This document shows, in pieces, positions 38,271 to 47,745 of a stretch of 64,000 nt of DNA. Position numbers and translations under genes: made by a program. Each line of letters opens with the position of its first letter. The first letter of the stretch is position 1. Source of the stretch: Bacteroidales bacterium. Its GTDB lineage: Bacteria > Bacteroidota > Bacteroidia > Bacteroidales > UBA12077. The DNA lies in assembly GCA_022360575.1 (NCBI GenBank), contig JAKSCO010000347.1:8786-72785 (forward strand). The letters are read 5' to 3'. Under the pieces are notes generated by a model, which searched no databases, was not told where the DNA came from, and saw only the letters and a program-made list of their open reading frames with translations.

Positions 38271-39461
38271 ATGTACGGAAAAATAAAAGAGCATTTAAGA
38301 GCAGAACTTGATGCTATAGAACAAGCTGGTTTATATAAAAACGAAAGAATTATTACCAGTCCTCAGAAAGCTGACATTACTGTGAATACAGGAAATGAAG
38401 TTTTGAATTTTTGTGCAAATAACTATTTAGGTTTATCTAATCACCCACGATTAATTAAGGCAGCAAAAGATGCTCTTGATTCTCATGGATACGGAATGTC
38501 TTCTGTTCGGTTCATTTGCGGAACACAAGATATACACAAAGAATTAGAAAAACGCATTTCTGATTATTTCGGAACTGAAGATACAATTCTTTATGCTGCG
38601 TGTTTTGATGCTAACGGAGGAGTATTTGAACCTCTATTAACTAGCGAAGATGCTATTATTTCCGACGCATTGAATCATGCTTCAATTATTGACGGAGTTC
38701 GTTTATGTAAAGCTCATCGTTTACGTTACGAGTCGGCAAACATGGAAGATTTAGAAGAACAATTAAAAATTGCTCAAGCTCATCGTTTTAGATTAATTGT
38801 AACTGATGGAGTATTTTCTATGGATGGACATGTTGCTCCTCTTGATAAAATCTGCGAATTAGCAGAGAAATATGATGCTATGGTTATGGTTGACGAATGT
38901 CACTCTGCCGGCGTTGTTGGAGCTACAGGGAAAGGAGTTTCTGAATTATACGACTTACGAGGTAAAGTAGATATCATTACCGGAACATTAGGAAAAGCTT
39001 TTGGAGGTGCGATAGGAGGATTTACTACTGGAAGAAAAGAAATTATAGATATGCTTCGTCAACGATCGCGACCATATTTATTCTCAAACTCAATACCACC
39101 AAGTGTTGCTTCGGCAGGAATCGAAGTTTTTAAAATGCTTGAAGAGTCGAACGAATTGCATGACACTTTAGTTGAAAATACTAAATACTTTAAAGAGAAG
39201 ATGCATGCTGCTGGGTTTGATATAAAGCCTAGCGAGTCTGCAATTTTAGCAGTAATGCTTTACGATGCAAAATTATCGCAAGATTTTGCTGCAAAACTAC
39301 TTGAAGAAGGGATTTATGTAATTGGTTTTTACTATCCTGTAGTACCTAAAGAGCAGGCTCGTATCAGAGTTCAGATCTCAGCAGGACACTCAAAAGAACA
39401 ACTTGATAAAGCTGTTAATGCATTTATTAAAGTAGGGAAAGAAATGAAGGTTATTAAATAA
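38271..39461 (+). CDS. kbl: Glycine C-acetyltransferase (2-amino-3-ketobutyrate CoA ligase)
   Basis: 396 aa. It is nearly colinear with E. coli Kbl from memory: NFCANNYLGL, SVRFICGTQDIHKELE, AIISDALNHASIIDGVRLCKA, DGVFSMDG, GTLGKA and RPYLFSNS. Confidence 0.93.
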   Translation: MYGKIKEHLRAELDAIEQAGLYKNERIITSPQKADITVNTGNEVLNFCANNYLGLSNHPRLIKAAKDALDSHGYGMSSVRFICGTQDIHKELEKRISDYFGTEDTILYAACFDANGGVFEPLLTSEDAIISDALNHASIIDGVRLCKAHRLRYESANMEDLEEQLKIAQAHRFRLIVTDGVFSMDGHVAPLDKICELAEKYDAMVMVDECHSAGVVGATGKGVSELYDLRGKVDIITGTLGKAFGGAIGGFTTGRKEIIDMLRQRSRPYLFSNSIPPSVASAGIEVFKMLEESNELHDTLVENTKYFKEKMHAAGFDIKPSESAILAVMLYDAKLSQDFAAKLLEEGIYVIGFYYPVVPKEQARIRVQISAGHSKEQLDKAVNAFIKVGKEMKVIK

Positions 39462-39481
39462 TCATTCTTTAATTTAAAAGA

Positions 39482-39518
39482 AAAGACTGCTCTGAATATT
39501 ACAGACAGTCTTTTTTTA
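39482..39518 (+). terminator. Rho-independent terminator
   Basis: The imperfect stem aaagactg (39482-39489) ... cagtcttt (39506-39513) is followed by a T-run. Confidence 0.6.
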
Positions 39519-39648
39519 TGCCTTTAAAAGACAACAAGATATTTCGAAATCCCAACTGAATGCTTCATAATGGTTTCGGTCTTGTAGAAATCCCATCGAA
39601 GTGCTTCGGAGCAATTTCTATCTAGTTCGAAAGCAATTAAGGTAAACT

Positions 39649-40386
39649 TTACATATTAAAAACTTGCTGTGGATTACTATCTTGCAAATTAGCTTTTACT
39701 AATTCGTTTTTACGATATACATAAACTAAACCATACATTTGAGATTTATCTCTTTTCTCATCGTCAGGTAAATTACTATAAGTTTCTTCAACCTCATTCC
39801 AAATATTCAGAATAATATTATCAGATTCGTTGCGTAATTCAGCAAGAATATTTAGAGCTCTTGCATGATTTTTTTGATACATTTTCTGAAAGTTATAAGC
39901 TTCAATAAAGTTATCGTAATGAACTTTAACAACAGCTATTGTAGGGTTTGTAATAGGAGCGTTCCCTTTCATTTTTCTTTTTGATTCCCCCTCAATTATT
40001 TTTCTACCCCAATCAACAACATCGGCTTCGGTTCCTAAAGAAGGTAGTTTGGTTGTTTTTTCATCAATATCATAAAAGGCTCTAACAGCAGGCTGTAGTT
40101 CTCCTCGAGTTATAGCCATATTAACAACTTGTATAAAATGAGAAATATATAACTTAGCTTTTTTAAGCTTTTTCAGATACTCCTTGTTGTTTGTTATTTG
40201 TATTGTATAGGTGGTTCTATGCTCTTGCAAAGCACTTTCCCATTTAGGTAAGAAAGATCTTGCTTTTTGCAATGTTCCTTGTGTATATGCCAACTCCATA
40301 GGAGTCAGTTTTCGTCCTTTATCTAACGCAGTTTTTAATGCTTTAAGCCTTGATCTATCTGTATTCGGCAATCTCCTGTAAGGCAT
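39649..40386 (-). CDS. Hypothetical protein (cytoplasmic, helical; no recognisable motif)
   Basis: 245-aa ORF with an ATG start and native-looking composition (MPYRRLPNTDRSRLKALKTALDKGRKLTP...). I could assign no family. Confidence 0.6.
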   Translation of the reverse strand: MPYRRLPNTDRSRLKALKTALDKGRKLTPMELAYTQGTLQKARSFLPKWESALQEHRTTYTIQITNNKEYLKKLKKAKLYISHFIQVVNMAITRGELQPAVRAFYDIDEKTTKLPSLGTEADVVDWGRKIIEGESKRKMKGNAPITNPTIAVVKVHYDNFIEAYNFQKMYQKNHARALNILAELRNESDNIILNIWNEVEETYSNLPDDEKRDKSQMYGLVYVYRKNELVKANLQDSNPQQVFNM

Positions 40387-40635
40387 AACAAAAATTATTT
40401 ATAGCTATTTTTTGTAAGTGCGAATATATAAAAAATCAAAATACAAATTTATTTCCCACACATGATTATATCAAAATCTTTAAACTAAAACCGCAATCAT
40501 ATTAATTGATTGATAAACATTAAGTTCGGAATTAAATTTCAAAAATCCAATTTTAGCAAACTAAAAGATATCAGTTCTTGATTTATTGAAATTGCTTGAT
40601 ATTATTCCACATTCAATTTACACGAAAACACATCA

Positions 40636-40675
40636 AATAAAAAGGGTTGTTTTTGAATGTCTCAAACAACCCTTT
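40636..40675 (-). terminator. Rho-independent terminator on the minus strand
   Basis: A 12-bp stem, aaagggttgttt (40641-40652) / aaacaacccttt (40664-40675), is preceded on the plus strand by aaaaa, which is a U-run on the minus transcript. It lies 225 nt downstream of the stop at 40901. Confidence 0.6.
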
Positions 40676-40900
40676 AACCCTTTCAATTCTTAAATATGCT
40701 TATGATTTATTTTATTAATTAATCTTACAAAAAACAACGAATGCTTGTTTTATTTTAATAATAAAATAACAATACAATAATCGTTATTCGCCCCCTTAAT
40801 TCCTAATCAACAAAACAAACAAACAGTCAACTCTTTTAAAAAAGTAGTAACAAAAGGTTATCAAAAAACAGAACCCGTTAATGTACAGACAACAACAACT

Positions 40901-42724
40901 CTATAGTTGATTAAGAAAATTCGACAATTCTTCGGAATCGGTTAAATTCAATTTGTTTTTTAATCGAGATCTTGCAACCAAAACACTTCTATAAGATTGT
41001 TTTGTTATAGCCGAAATTTCTTTGGGAGAGAAATTCAAGAATAAAAGCGCACAAAGTCTTTTTTCGCCAGGAGTAAGATTAGGATTTGCTGCAAGCAATT
41101 TATTATAAAACTCGGAATGGATATTAAAAAATCGGACTTCGAATTGATCCCAAAGATCCTTATCAATTTTTAAGTTAATTTCGTTTATTATTTCCTGTAT
41201 TTTAAGTTTTAAGCTCACATTTAAATCGGCTTTAATTTTTGTTAACCTTTTTACCACAAACTCCCTCTCTGTATTATAATTAATGAGTTGCAATAATACA
41301 GACATTAATTCTTTTTCTTTTTTATCACTTTGATTGTTAAGGTTAGAAATAATTTTTTCTAAACTGATTATATCTCCTTTTAAAACTCGAGATTTTCGAT
41401 GAAAGCGCCTTAATGAATAGATAAGAAAAAAAACAGCAAATACTAATATCAAGAAAATTACAAACAACCTTAACAACTCATATTCTTTTTTAGATTCTCT
41501 TATTTGATCATTTTTGTGATTTAGATAATTATACTCTGCATTAAAAACAAAATCATTTTTAAAATAATCTATATCGGATTTTATATTTGTATATTTTGTT
41601 AAATAACGATAAGCTTGTTTTAATTTCCCCTGCTTACTGTAGATATTACTCAGCATTTTACAGCTATTAGCCAATAATTCATTATAATTATTCTGTTTAC
41701 TAATACGATAGGTTAACCTTTGATATTCGATAGCTTTATTATATTCTGTTTTTTTATAGTAACAATAACTTAAATTATAATATAAATCGGCAAGCAGAAA
41801 ACTCTCTTTTAAACGGAAACACTTTTGTATATTCTTCTTAAATATATCAATTGCTTTATCGTTATTACCCAGATGAGAATAAGCTATTCCGAGATTACTA
41901 TAAGACAATATATCTAATTTAACTCTATTGAACTTAGAAAGAATGGTAATACTCTTATTAAAATATTGTAAGGCCTCTTGGTATTGTTTTGTATGTAAAT
42001 AAACCTCTCCAAAATTATTTAATAATAACCCGTACTCTAAAGAGTTTTTAGACAAAGAAAACAATTCGATGTTCTTATAATAGTAAGTTAAGGCTTTATC
42101 GTGATATCCCAAATAAGAATAAGTAACACCTATACTATTGTATGCTTGTATTATAAGAGTTGTGTCGTTTATTTTTTCGCCATATTGCAAGGCCTTAAAG
42201 GCTTCGTTTAAAACATTTAAATACAAATCTATATCACAATATTTATGTTTTAATCTTAATTTGCTTATGAAAATCCCAACGGAATCATTGTTCTGTTGCT
42301 TTAATTTAACTGCTTTTTCGGTATACTTATTAATCAATTCTTTATTTCCAGAAATATTATAGATTTCGACTAACTTATCGTATAATTCGGCAACTTCAGA
42401 TTTATTTTTAATTGCATCAGAAAAGTGAAGAGCTTCGTAATAATATTTTATTGCTTTATCGTAATCAATTTTTGAATCATAATAGTTTCCTAAAAAAAAG
42501 TTTGAATAAAACAATATTCTTTTATTTACCCCAACAGCAGCATACCTATGTGCTTGTTCAATGTATTTATTTATAAGTATTGTATCGGTTAACAAACACT
42601 TCTCATAATTACTCCAAACTAATTTTATTTCATTATTAAAACTTTGATGATCTGTAATACAAAAACTTTTAAAAGATGTAGACACAAATAGAATCCACAA
42701 AAACAATCCTTTACTTATATTCAT
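40901..42724 (-). CDS. TPR-repeat sensor-like protein with a TM helix and a C-terminal LuxR-type HTH
   Basis: 607 aa with a signal/TM at the N-terminus and many TPR-like repeats (for example AIKYYYEALHF and ALTYYYKNIELF). The TM helix is LFVIFLILVFAVFFLIY. The C-terminal HTH is LTPGEKRLCALLFLNFSPKEISAITKQSYRSVLVARSRLKNKL. Confidence 0.75.
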   Translation of the reverse strand: MNISKGLFLWILFVSTSFKSFCITDHQSFNNEIKLVWSNYEKCLLTDTILINKYIEQAHRYAAVGVNKRILFYSNFFLGNYYDSKIDYDKAIKYYYEALHFSDAIKNKSEVAELYDKLVEIYNISGNKELINKYTEKAVKLKQQNNDSVGIFISKLRLKHKYCDIDLYLNVLNEAFKALQYGEKINDTTLIIQAYNSIGVTYSYLGYHDKALTYYYKNIELFSLSKNSLEYGLLLNNFGEVYLHTKQYQEALQYFNKSITILSKFNRVKLDILSYSNLGIAYSHLGNNDKAIDIFKKNIQKCFRLKESFLLADLYYNLSYCYYKKTEYNKAIEYQRLTYRISKQNNYNELLANSCKMLSNIYSKQGKLKQAYRYLTKYTNIKSDIDYFKNDFVFNAEYNYLNHKNDQIRESKKEYELLRLFVIFLILVFAVFFLIYSLRRFHRKSRVLKGDIISLEKIISNLNNQSDKKEKELMSVLLQLINYNTEREFVVKRLTKIKADLNVSLKLKIQEIINEINLKIDKDLWDQFEVRFFNIHSEFYNKLLAANPNLTPGEKRLCALLFLNFSPKEISAITKQSYRSVLVARSRLKNKLNLTDSEELSNFLNQL

Positions 42725-42958
42725 AAATTTTATGCGTTAAAAACATTCTCTCCTCTACTGAATATAACATCGGGCAATTAAATTGGTTCAAGCTTAAATA
42801 ATACAATTTGAAGGTCATAATTTTCGGACAAATACTTTTTATTAGATTCTTTTTACAATAATCTTTTTTATTTATTAAATTTTTCAGTCCTTTGTTTATC
42901 TGAGTTTTAGGGCGAAAGCTCACACTCATTAAAATACTAACAATAAATTCATTACATT

Positions 42959-44347
42959 ATGTTCAAAAAAGATGTTTACATAGAACGCCGAAGAAAATTA
43001 AAAGAAAAACTCAAAACCGGATTAGTTCTTTTTTTAGGAAATAAAGAGTCTTCATTCAATTATCCCGATAACACATATCACTTTAGACAAGATAGTAACT
43101 TTCTATATTTTTTTGGATTAGACATTCCTTCTCTAGCAGGCTTAATTGACTTAGATACAGGGAAAGAATATCTTTTTGGAAATGATTTTAGCATTGATGA
43201 TATCATTTGGATGGGTCCACAGCCTAAAATCAAGGAATTAGCATATAAGGTTGGAATAGAAAATACCGAACCACTAACTCAGTTAGAAAACTATTTAAGA
43301 AATGCTAAAAACCAAAATCGCAAGATACATGTTCTTCCTTTCTACAGAGGAGATTCTATTATTGATTTTTGCAATTTCTTAGGAATTAATCATACCGAGG
43401 TCGAAAATTATGTATCGATTGAATTAATTAAATCTGTTGTTGATTTACGCTCAGTAAAAGATGCTTTTGAAATAGAAGAGCTTATTAAAGCTTCGGCAAT
43501 TGGTTATAAAATGCATACAACAGCAATGAAAATGGCAAAACCTGGGATCTATGAACAAGAGATTGCAGGAACAGTAGAAGGAATTGCATTAGCACATGGA
43601 GGAGCTTTATCGTTTCCAATAATTCTTTCTCAAAATGGAGAAACTCTACACAACCATTATCATGGAAATATGCTTCAAGAAGGGAAATTAATGCTTACTG
43701 ACACCGGAGCCGAAACTCCAATGCACTATGCCAGTGACAATACAAGGACTGTTCCGGTAGGAGGTAAATTTTCTCAGAAACAAAAAGATATTTACAATAT
43801 AGTTCTTGATGCAAACAATCATGCTATTTCATTAATAAAACCAGGTGTTCCTTATAGAGATATTCACTTAGAATCAGCAAAAATAATAGCCCAGAGATTA
43901 ACCGATCTTGGATTAATGAAGGGGAATCCTTTAGATGCAGTACAAGAGGGAGCTCATGCTATGTTCATGCCTCACGGGTTAGGACATATGATGGGACTAG
44001 ATGTTCATGATATGGAAGGCTTAGGAGAAGATTATGTTGGCTACGATAACGAAATAAAACGTGCAACTCAATTTGGACTAAGAGGATTAAGACTGGGACG
44101 TAAACTACAAAAAGGATTTGTACTTACATCTGAACCTGGAATATATTTCATTCCTGATTTAATTAAGAAATGGAAGGCTGAAAAAATTAACTCTGATTTC
44201 ATTAACTTCAATAAAGTAGAGGAATATATTAATTTTGGAGGAATACGTCTGGAAGATGATATTTTAGTTACTGAAAACGGTAATCAAATGATCGGGAAAA
44301 GAATTCCGATAACAGTAGAAGAAGTAGAAGAAACTATGAACTCGTAG
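42959..44347 (+). CDS. Aminopeptidase P family (M24B) Xaa-Pro peptidase
   Basis: 462 aa. The AMP_N-like N-terminus contains FRQDSNFLYFFG. The M24 metal-ligand contexts are LTDTGAE, HGLGHMMGLDVHD, TSEPGIY and IRLEDD. Confidence 0.88.
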   Translation: MFKKDVYIERRRKLKEKLKTGLVLFLGNKESSFNYPDNTYHFRQDSNFLYFFGLDIPSLAGLIDLDTGKEYLFGNDFSIDDIIWMGPQPKIKELAYKVGIENTEPLTQLENYLRNAKNQNRKIHVLPFYRGDSIIDFCNFLGINHTEVENYVSIELIKSVVDLRSVKDAFEIEELIKASAIGYKMHTTAMKMAKPGIYEQEIAGTVEGIALAHGGALSFPIILSQNGETLHNHYHGNMLQEGKLMLTDTGAETPMHYASDNTRTVPVGGKFSQKQKDIYNIVLDANNHAISLIKPGVPYRDIHLESAKIIAQRLTDLGLMKGNPLDAVQEGAHAMFMPHGLGHMMGLDVHDMEGLGEDYVGYDNEIKRATQFGLRGLRLGRKLQKGFVLTSEPGIYFIPDLIKKWKAEKINSDFINFNKVEEYINFGGIRLEDDILVTENGNQMIGKRIPITVEEVEETMNS

Positions 44348-44367
44348 AATATTATAAATTAACACGA

Positions 44368-44401
44368 GGACGTCTCAAAAGTAATTTTGGGACGTTTTTT
44401 T
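44368..44401 (+). terminator. Rho-independent terminator with a GUAA tetraloop; also copy 1 of a 26-nt repeated hairpin
   Basis: The stem is cgtctcaaaa (44371-44380) / ttttgggacg (44385-44394) with one G-U pair and the loop gtaa, followed by ttttttt. The 26-mer at 44368-44393 recurs as the reverse complement at 58373-58398. Confidence 0.8.
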
Positions 44402-44550
44402 AGCCTCTACCCACCTGAACTTCTAGTAGGTTTCTTTACCCCAAAAATATCTTGAAAGTTTGGAATTATTGAAAGAAAAGAAATACCCTTGCTTTTTAAA
44501 AATAGTTGATTAGTAAATTTTAAAGAAAAAACGGGTATGCTTAATTAAAG

Positions 44551-45243
44551 TTATTTCCTATTGATTGGAATCTGGTAATATATATAGTAATTAGCTGCTA
44601 ACTTTATTGCTTTTGAAGTACTTCCATACCCAGGGATATCATACGGTTGAAAATTATCATCTTTTCCTCCTGATATTCTAGTCTGTACTATACCTGACCA
44701 TCCTATATATATATTTTTGAATATCTCTCCTTTAATTCCTAAAGAAAACTCAACCCAATATGCATTATACGATTTTGACTTATTGGGCAATGTTACAGTA
44801 CCCCAATTATCAGAAGTATGCTTTATATTATAGGCTAAATGAGAAAAGTTTGCCCACCCCATTCGAACACCTATTCCAAAAAAATCTGTTGGATAATTTT
44901 TTAACATGTTATAGTCAAACCCTAATTTACAAAACATTCCATCTGACTTATACTTATACAAATCTTTATTTATAAAAATTTCGGAATATCCTGCTTCTAA
45001 AACACCAAAATATTTGTTACTTAAGTTAAAATCAACAGATGCTTCATATGATTTACGTTCAGGCTTAAATTGAAAATCAGAAAGCCTTCCTACATTTACC
45101 CCAAACTTGATTCCTTTCAACTTTAAAGGTTCCTTTATTTCTTCCTCGGCATATAACTTCTCATCATCCTGAGCATATAAAACAGACGGAACAAGTATGA
45201 TAATAAGAAAACTATAAATAAAACACCTCAACAAGCCCATCAT
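44551..45243 (-). CDS. Putative outer-membrane beta-barrel protein (hypothetical)
   Basis: 230 aa with a signal peptide (LIIILVPSVLYAQ). It has an alternating aromatic/hydrophobic beta-strand pattern and an aromatic-rich C-terminus. Confidence 0.55.
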   Translation of the reverse strand: MMGLLRCFIYSFLIIILVPSVLYAQDDEKLYAEEEIKEPLKLKGIKFGVNVGRLSDFQFKPERKSYEASVDFNLSNKYFGVLEAGYSEIFINKDLYKYKSDGMFCKLGFDYNMLKNYPTDFFGIGVRMGWANFSHLAYNIKHTSDNWGTVTLPNKSKSYNAYWVEFSLGIKGEIFKNIYIGWSGIVQTRISGGKDDNFQPYDIPGYGSTSKAIKLAANYYIYYQIPINRK

Positions 45244-45682
45244 TTTCTGTAGTTATTTTATTGTTAGAAATAGAAATAGAATCAATTATGTTATTTGTGT
45301 TAGATAAACTATCAATTTGATAATCGACAACAAAACCACACTCTGGAGAAAGAAAAATTACTTCGTTCTGATAATAGAAAGTAACTGTATCTATCAAAGT
45401 ATCTGTAGGTGAAGTAAAGATCATTTGTACAGATTTCATATTAGGAGAAAAAGTCGCAAATAAGCTCGAATCAGAAGAACTATTAGCTATATGAATACTA
45501 TCGCTCCACGAAGGGAAATAAATCGATAAGCTATCAAGGAATTTGTCTTTTTTTAAGGTATCATTAGTAACATGAAAATCTATTTGTAACAACGACTCTA
45601 CATCTCTATTACATGAATCATCACTACATGATATTGCAATTATTGAAATAGAAGCAATAAGTATATAAAAAAGATCCCTCAT
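45212..45682 (-). CDS. Small lipoprotein (hypothetical)
   Basis: 156 aa. The lipobox is IIAISCSDDSCN. It overlaps the downstream gene by 32 nt. Confidence 0.55.
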   Translation of the reverse strand: MRDLFYILIASISIIAISCSDDSCNRDVESLLQIDFHVTNDTLKKDKFLDSLSIYFPSWSDSIHIANSSSDSSLFATFSPNMKSVQMIFTSPTDTLIDTVTFYYQNEVIFLSPECGFVVDYQIDSLSNTNNIIDSISISNNKITTENDGLVEVFYL

Positions 45683-45771
45683 TTATGTATTAATTTATTT
45701 TTCAACTAAAAAAATATTTCCTAATCACCTACACTCAAAGATGAATTTAAATTTTTGGCAAAAATAAAAGA

Positions 45772-46536
45772 TTATTCTGATTCTTGTTGCTTATCAATGT
45801 AATTCTTTAGAACCATATCTTTTCCATCAAATACAGCATAAGTAAAATGGTTCAACCAATCGCCAAGATTTATATAACGACAAGAATCTGTTAATCTTAG
45901 ATCAGAAGGACAATGCCTATGACCATAAACCATAAAATCAAAAGATTCTTGTTTTAACAATTCTTTCGAATATAAAATTAACCATTCCTTATCTTCACCT
46001 TCGAAAGGTCTTGTTTCTCTAGAATACCGACTATGTGTAGACCATGAATTAGCAATCCATATTCCTAAATTGGGATGAAACCGCGCAAATAACCACTGAG
46101 AGAATTTACTAGCAAATATTTTTTTTAAAAGCTTATACAGTCTATCCCCAGGACCTAATCCATCACCATGAGCAAGATAAAATTTTTTCCCGTTGTATAT
46201 TCTCGTTATAGGTTCTTTATGTAAAATTATCCCTGTTTCTTTCGGAAGATAATCAAAAATCCACATATCATGATTTCCAATAAAAAAATGAACAGGGATT
46301 CCCGAATCTGTTATTTCACATAATTTCCCTAAAAATCGCGAAAAGCCTTTCGGTATAGCACGTTTATATTCAAACCAAAAATCGAACACATCACCTAGAA
46401 GAACTATTTCTTTGGCATCGTTTTTTATTTCATCTAACCAACGAACAAATAATTTCTCGCGAGTTAAGCTTTCCTCGTGATTTGGAAGTCCTAAATGAAT
46501 GTCAGATGCAAAATATATGTTCTTTCTTTGTGTCAA
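45772..46536 (-). CDS. lpxH: UDP-2,3-diacylglucosamine diphosphatase (LpxH-type metallophosphoesterase)
   Basis: 254 aa. The start is a TTG two nt after the upstream stop. Motifs are IYFASDIHLG, LLGDVFDFWFEY, GNHD and HGDG. Confidence 0.8.
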   Translation of the reverse strand: MTQRKNIYFASDIHLGLPNHEESLTREKLFVRWLDEIKNDAKEIVLLGDVFDFWFEYKRAIPKGFSRFLGKLCEITDSGIPVHFFIGNHDMWIFDYLPKETGIILHKEPITRIYNGKKFYLAHGDGLGPGDRLYKLLKKIFASKFSQWLFARFHPNLGIWIANSWSTHSRYSRETRPFEGEDKEWLILYSKELLKQESFDFMVYGHRHCPSDLRLTDSCRYINLGDWLNHFTYAVFDGKDMVLKNYIDKQQESE

Positions 46537-46538
46537 AG

Positions 46539-47687
46539 CTATTTTAAATTATAATCAAAAGTACTAATTAATTGTTTTTTCGATGGGTTTGTCATCACAA
46601 TATCTCCTTCTGGATTTATCAAGAAACTAGTAGGTAATGTCCGCACATTATACAATTTTGCATAATATGACATGCGCCCATTTAAATCAATAACATTAAT
46701 CCAAGATAATTGATCAAACCTAATAGCTCTTTCCCAATTTTCTTTCTTAGTATCTAAAGAAACTTGATATATTTCAAACCCTTTTGAGTGATATTTTTTG
46801 TATATATCCTTTAATATTAAATTTTGCTTAACGCTCTGTTCATTCCAAGAAGCCCAAAAATTTAATAAAATATACTTCCCCTTTGTTTTGCTTAAAAAGA
46901 GACTATCTCCCTTTGTATTAGGAAGTATAATTTCGGGATATTTTATAATCTTCTTTTCATCAATAAGTTTATTAAGCTTAGCATTTACCAAAGCTTGCTC
47001 GTATTTTTTAAGTAATTTATCTTTATCGACAATAAGGGTTTTTACATGTTCAGAGTTAGGATACTTCTTGACTAAAGACTCGGCAACAATCTTTACAAAT
47101 TGAATATCCTTGTTTTTATACAAGACATAATTTACTCCATCATATTTTTGATACAAAGCAACAATACTTGCTAAACTATTTACATTACGTACAATAAAAG
47201 TAATTGACGAATCACGCTGAGCATTTACAATTTTAGCATATTGTGCATTTAATTTATCAGTATTTCCCGATTTTTCAATCTCTGTCACAACTTTTTCAAG
47301 TTTATTCTTTGTGTCAATTAGTTGATTGTTTATCTCCTGAACAAGCAACGAACCTTTTGAACCTTCTATTTTCCCTCTACTAAGCAATCTTGAATTAAAA
47401 TCTATATTCACATCCTCGCCTGGCTCAATTAATAATGTTATAAAATTATTTTTCGATACTGATAATTGATAGAATTTTGTAGTTTCTGTTTTAATCTTTA
47501 TTTTAAAATTTCCTTTTTTCCCAATATTTACCGAATCAATTAGTTTTACCCCATTAACTAATTGTTCACTAAACACTATAGTTTTAACTTTGGGATCGGA
47601 AGTTGTTCCTGTTATTTCAATTTTATTTGAATGATTACATGCAGATAAAAAGATAATTCCTGCAATAAAATATAGTAAGCGTTTCAT
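46539..47687 (-). CDS. TlpA/AhpC-like thioredoxin-fold lipoprotein with no active-site cysteines
   Basis: 382 aa. The lipobox is FLSACNH. The thioredoxin-fold C-terminal domain is GKYILLNFWASWNEQSVKQN...KGFEIYQVSLD...LPTSFLINPEG. The position of the canonical WCxPC reads WNEQS (46833-46847). Confidence 0.8.
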   Translation of the reverse strand: MKRLLYFIAGIIFLSACNHSNKIEITGTTSDPKVKTIVFSEQLVNGVKLIDSVNIGKKGNFKIKIKTETTKFYQLSVSKNNFITLLIEPGEDVNIDFNSRLLSRGKIEGSKGSLLVQEINNQLIDTKNKLEKVVTEIEKSGNTDKLNAQYAKIVNAQRDSSITFIVRNVNSLASIVALYQKYDGVNYVLYKNKDIQFVKIVAESLVKKYPNSEHVKTLIVDKDKLLKKYEQALVNAKLNKLIDEKKIIKYPEIILPNTKGDSLFLSKTKGKYILLNFWASWNEQSVKQNLILKDIYKKYHSKGFEIYQVSLDTKKENWERAIRFDQLSWINVIDLNGRMSYYAKLYNVRTLPTSFLINPEGDIVMTNPSKKQLISTFDYNLK

Positions 47688-47745
47688 GCTTATTGATTTT
47701 TATTTCGTTAGTAAATTTTGTTGTTATTAATAATAAGGGGCTAAT

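Noticed and set aside
42711-42929. 72-aa minus-strand ORF overlapping the start of the TPR-LuxR gene
   Set aside because: It lies upstream of and overlapping a gene that has its own good ATG and signal sequence. Its composition is typical of AT-rich non-coding DNA.
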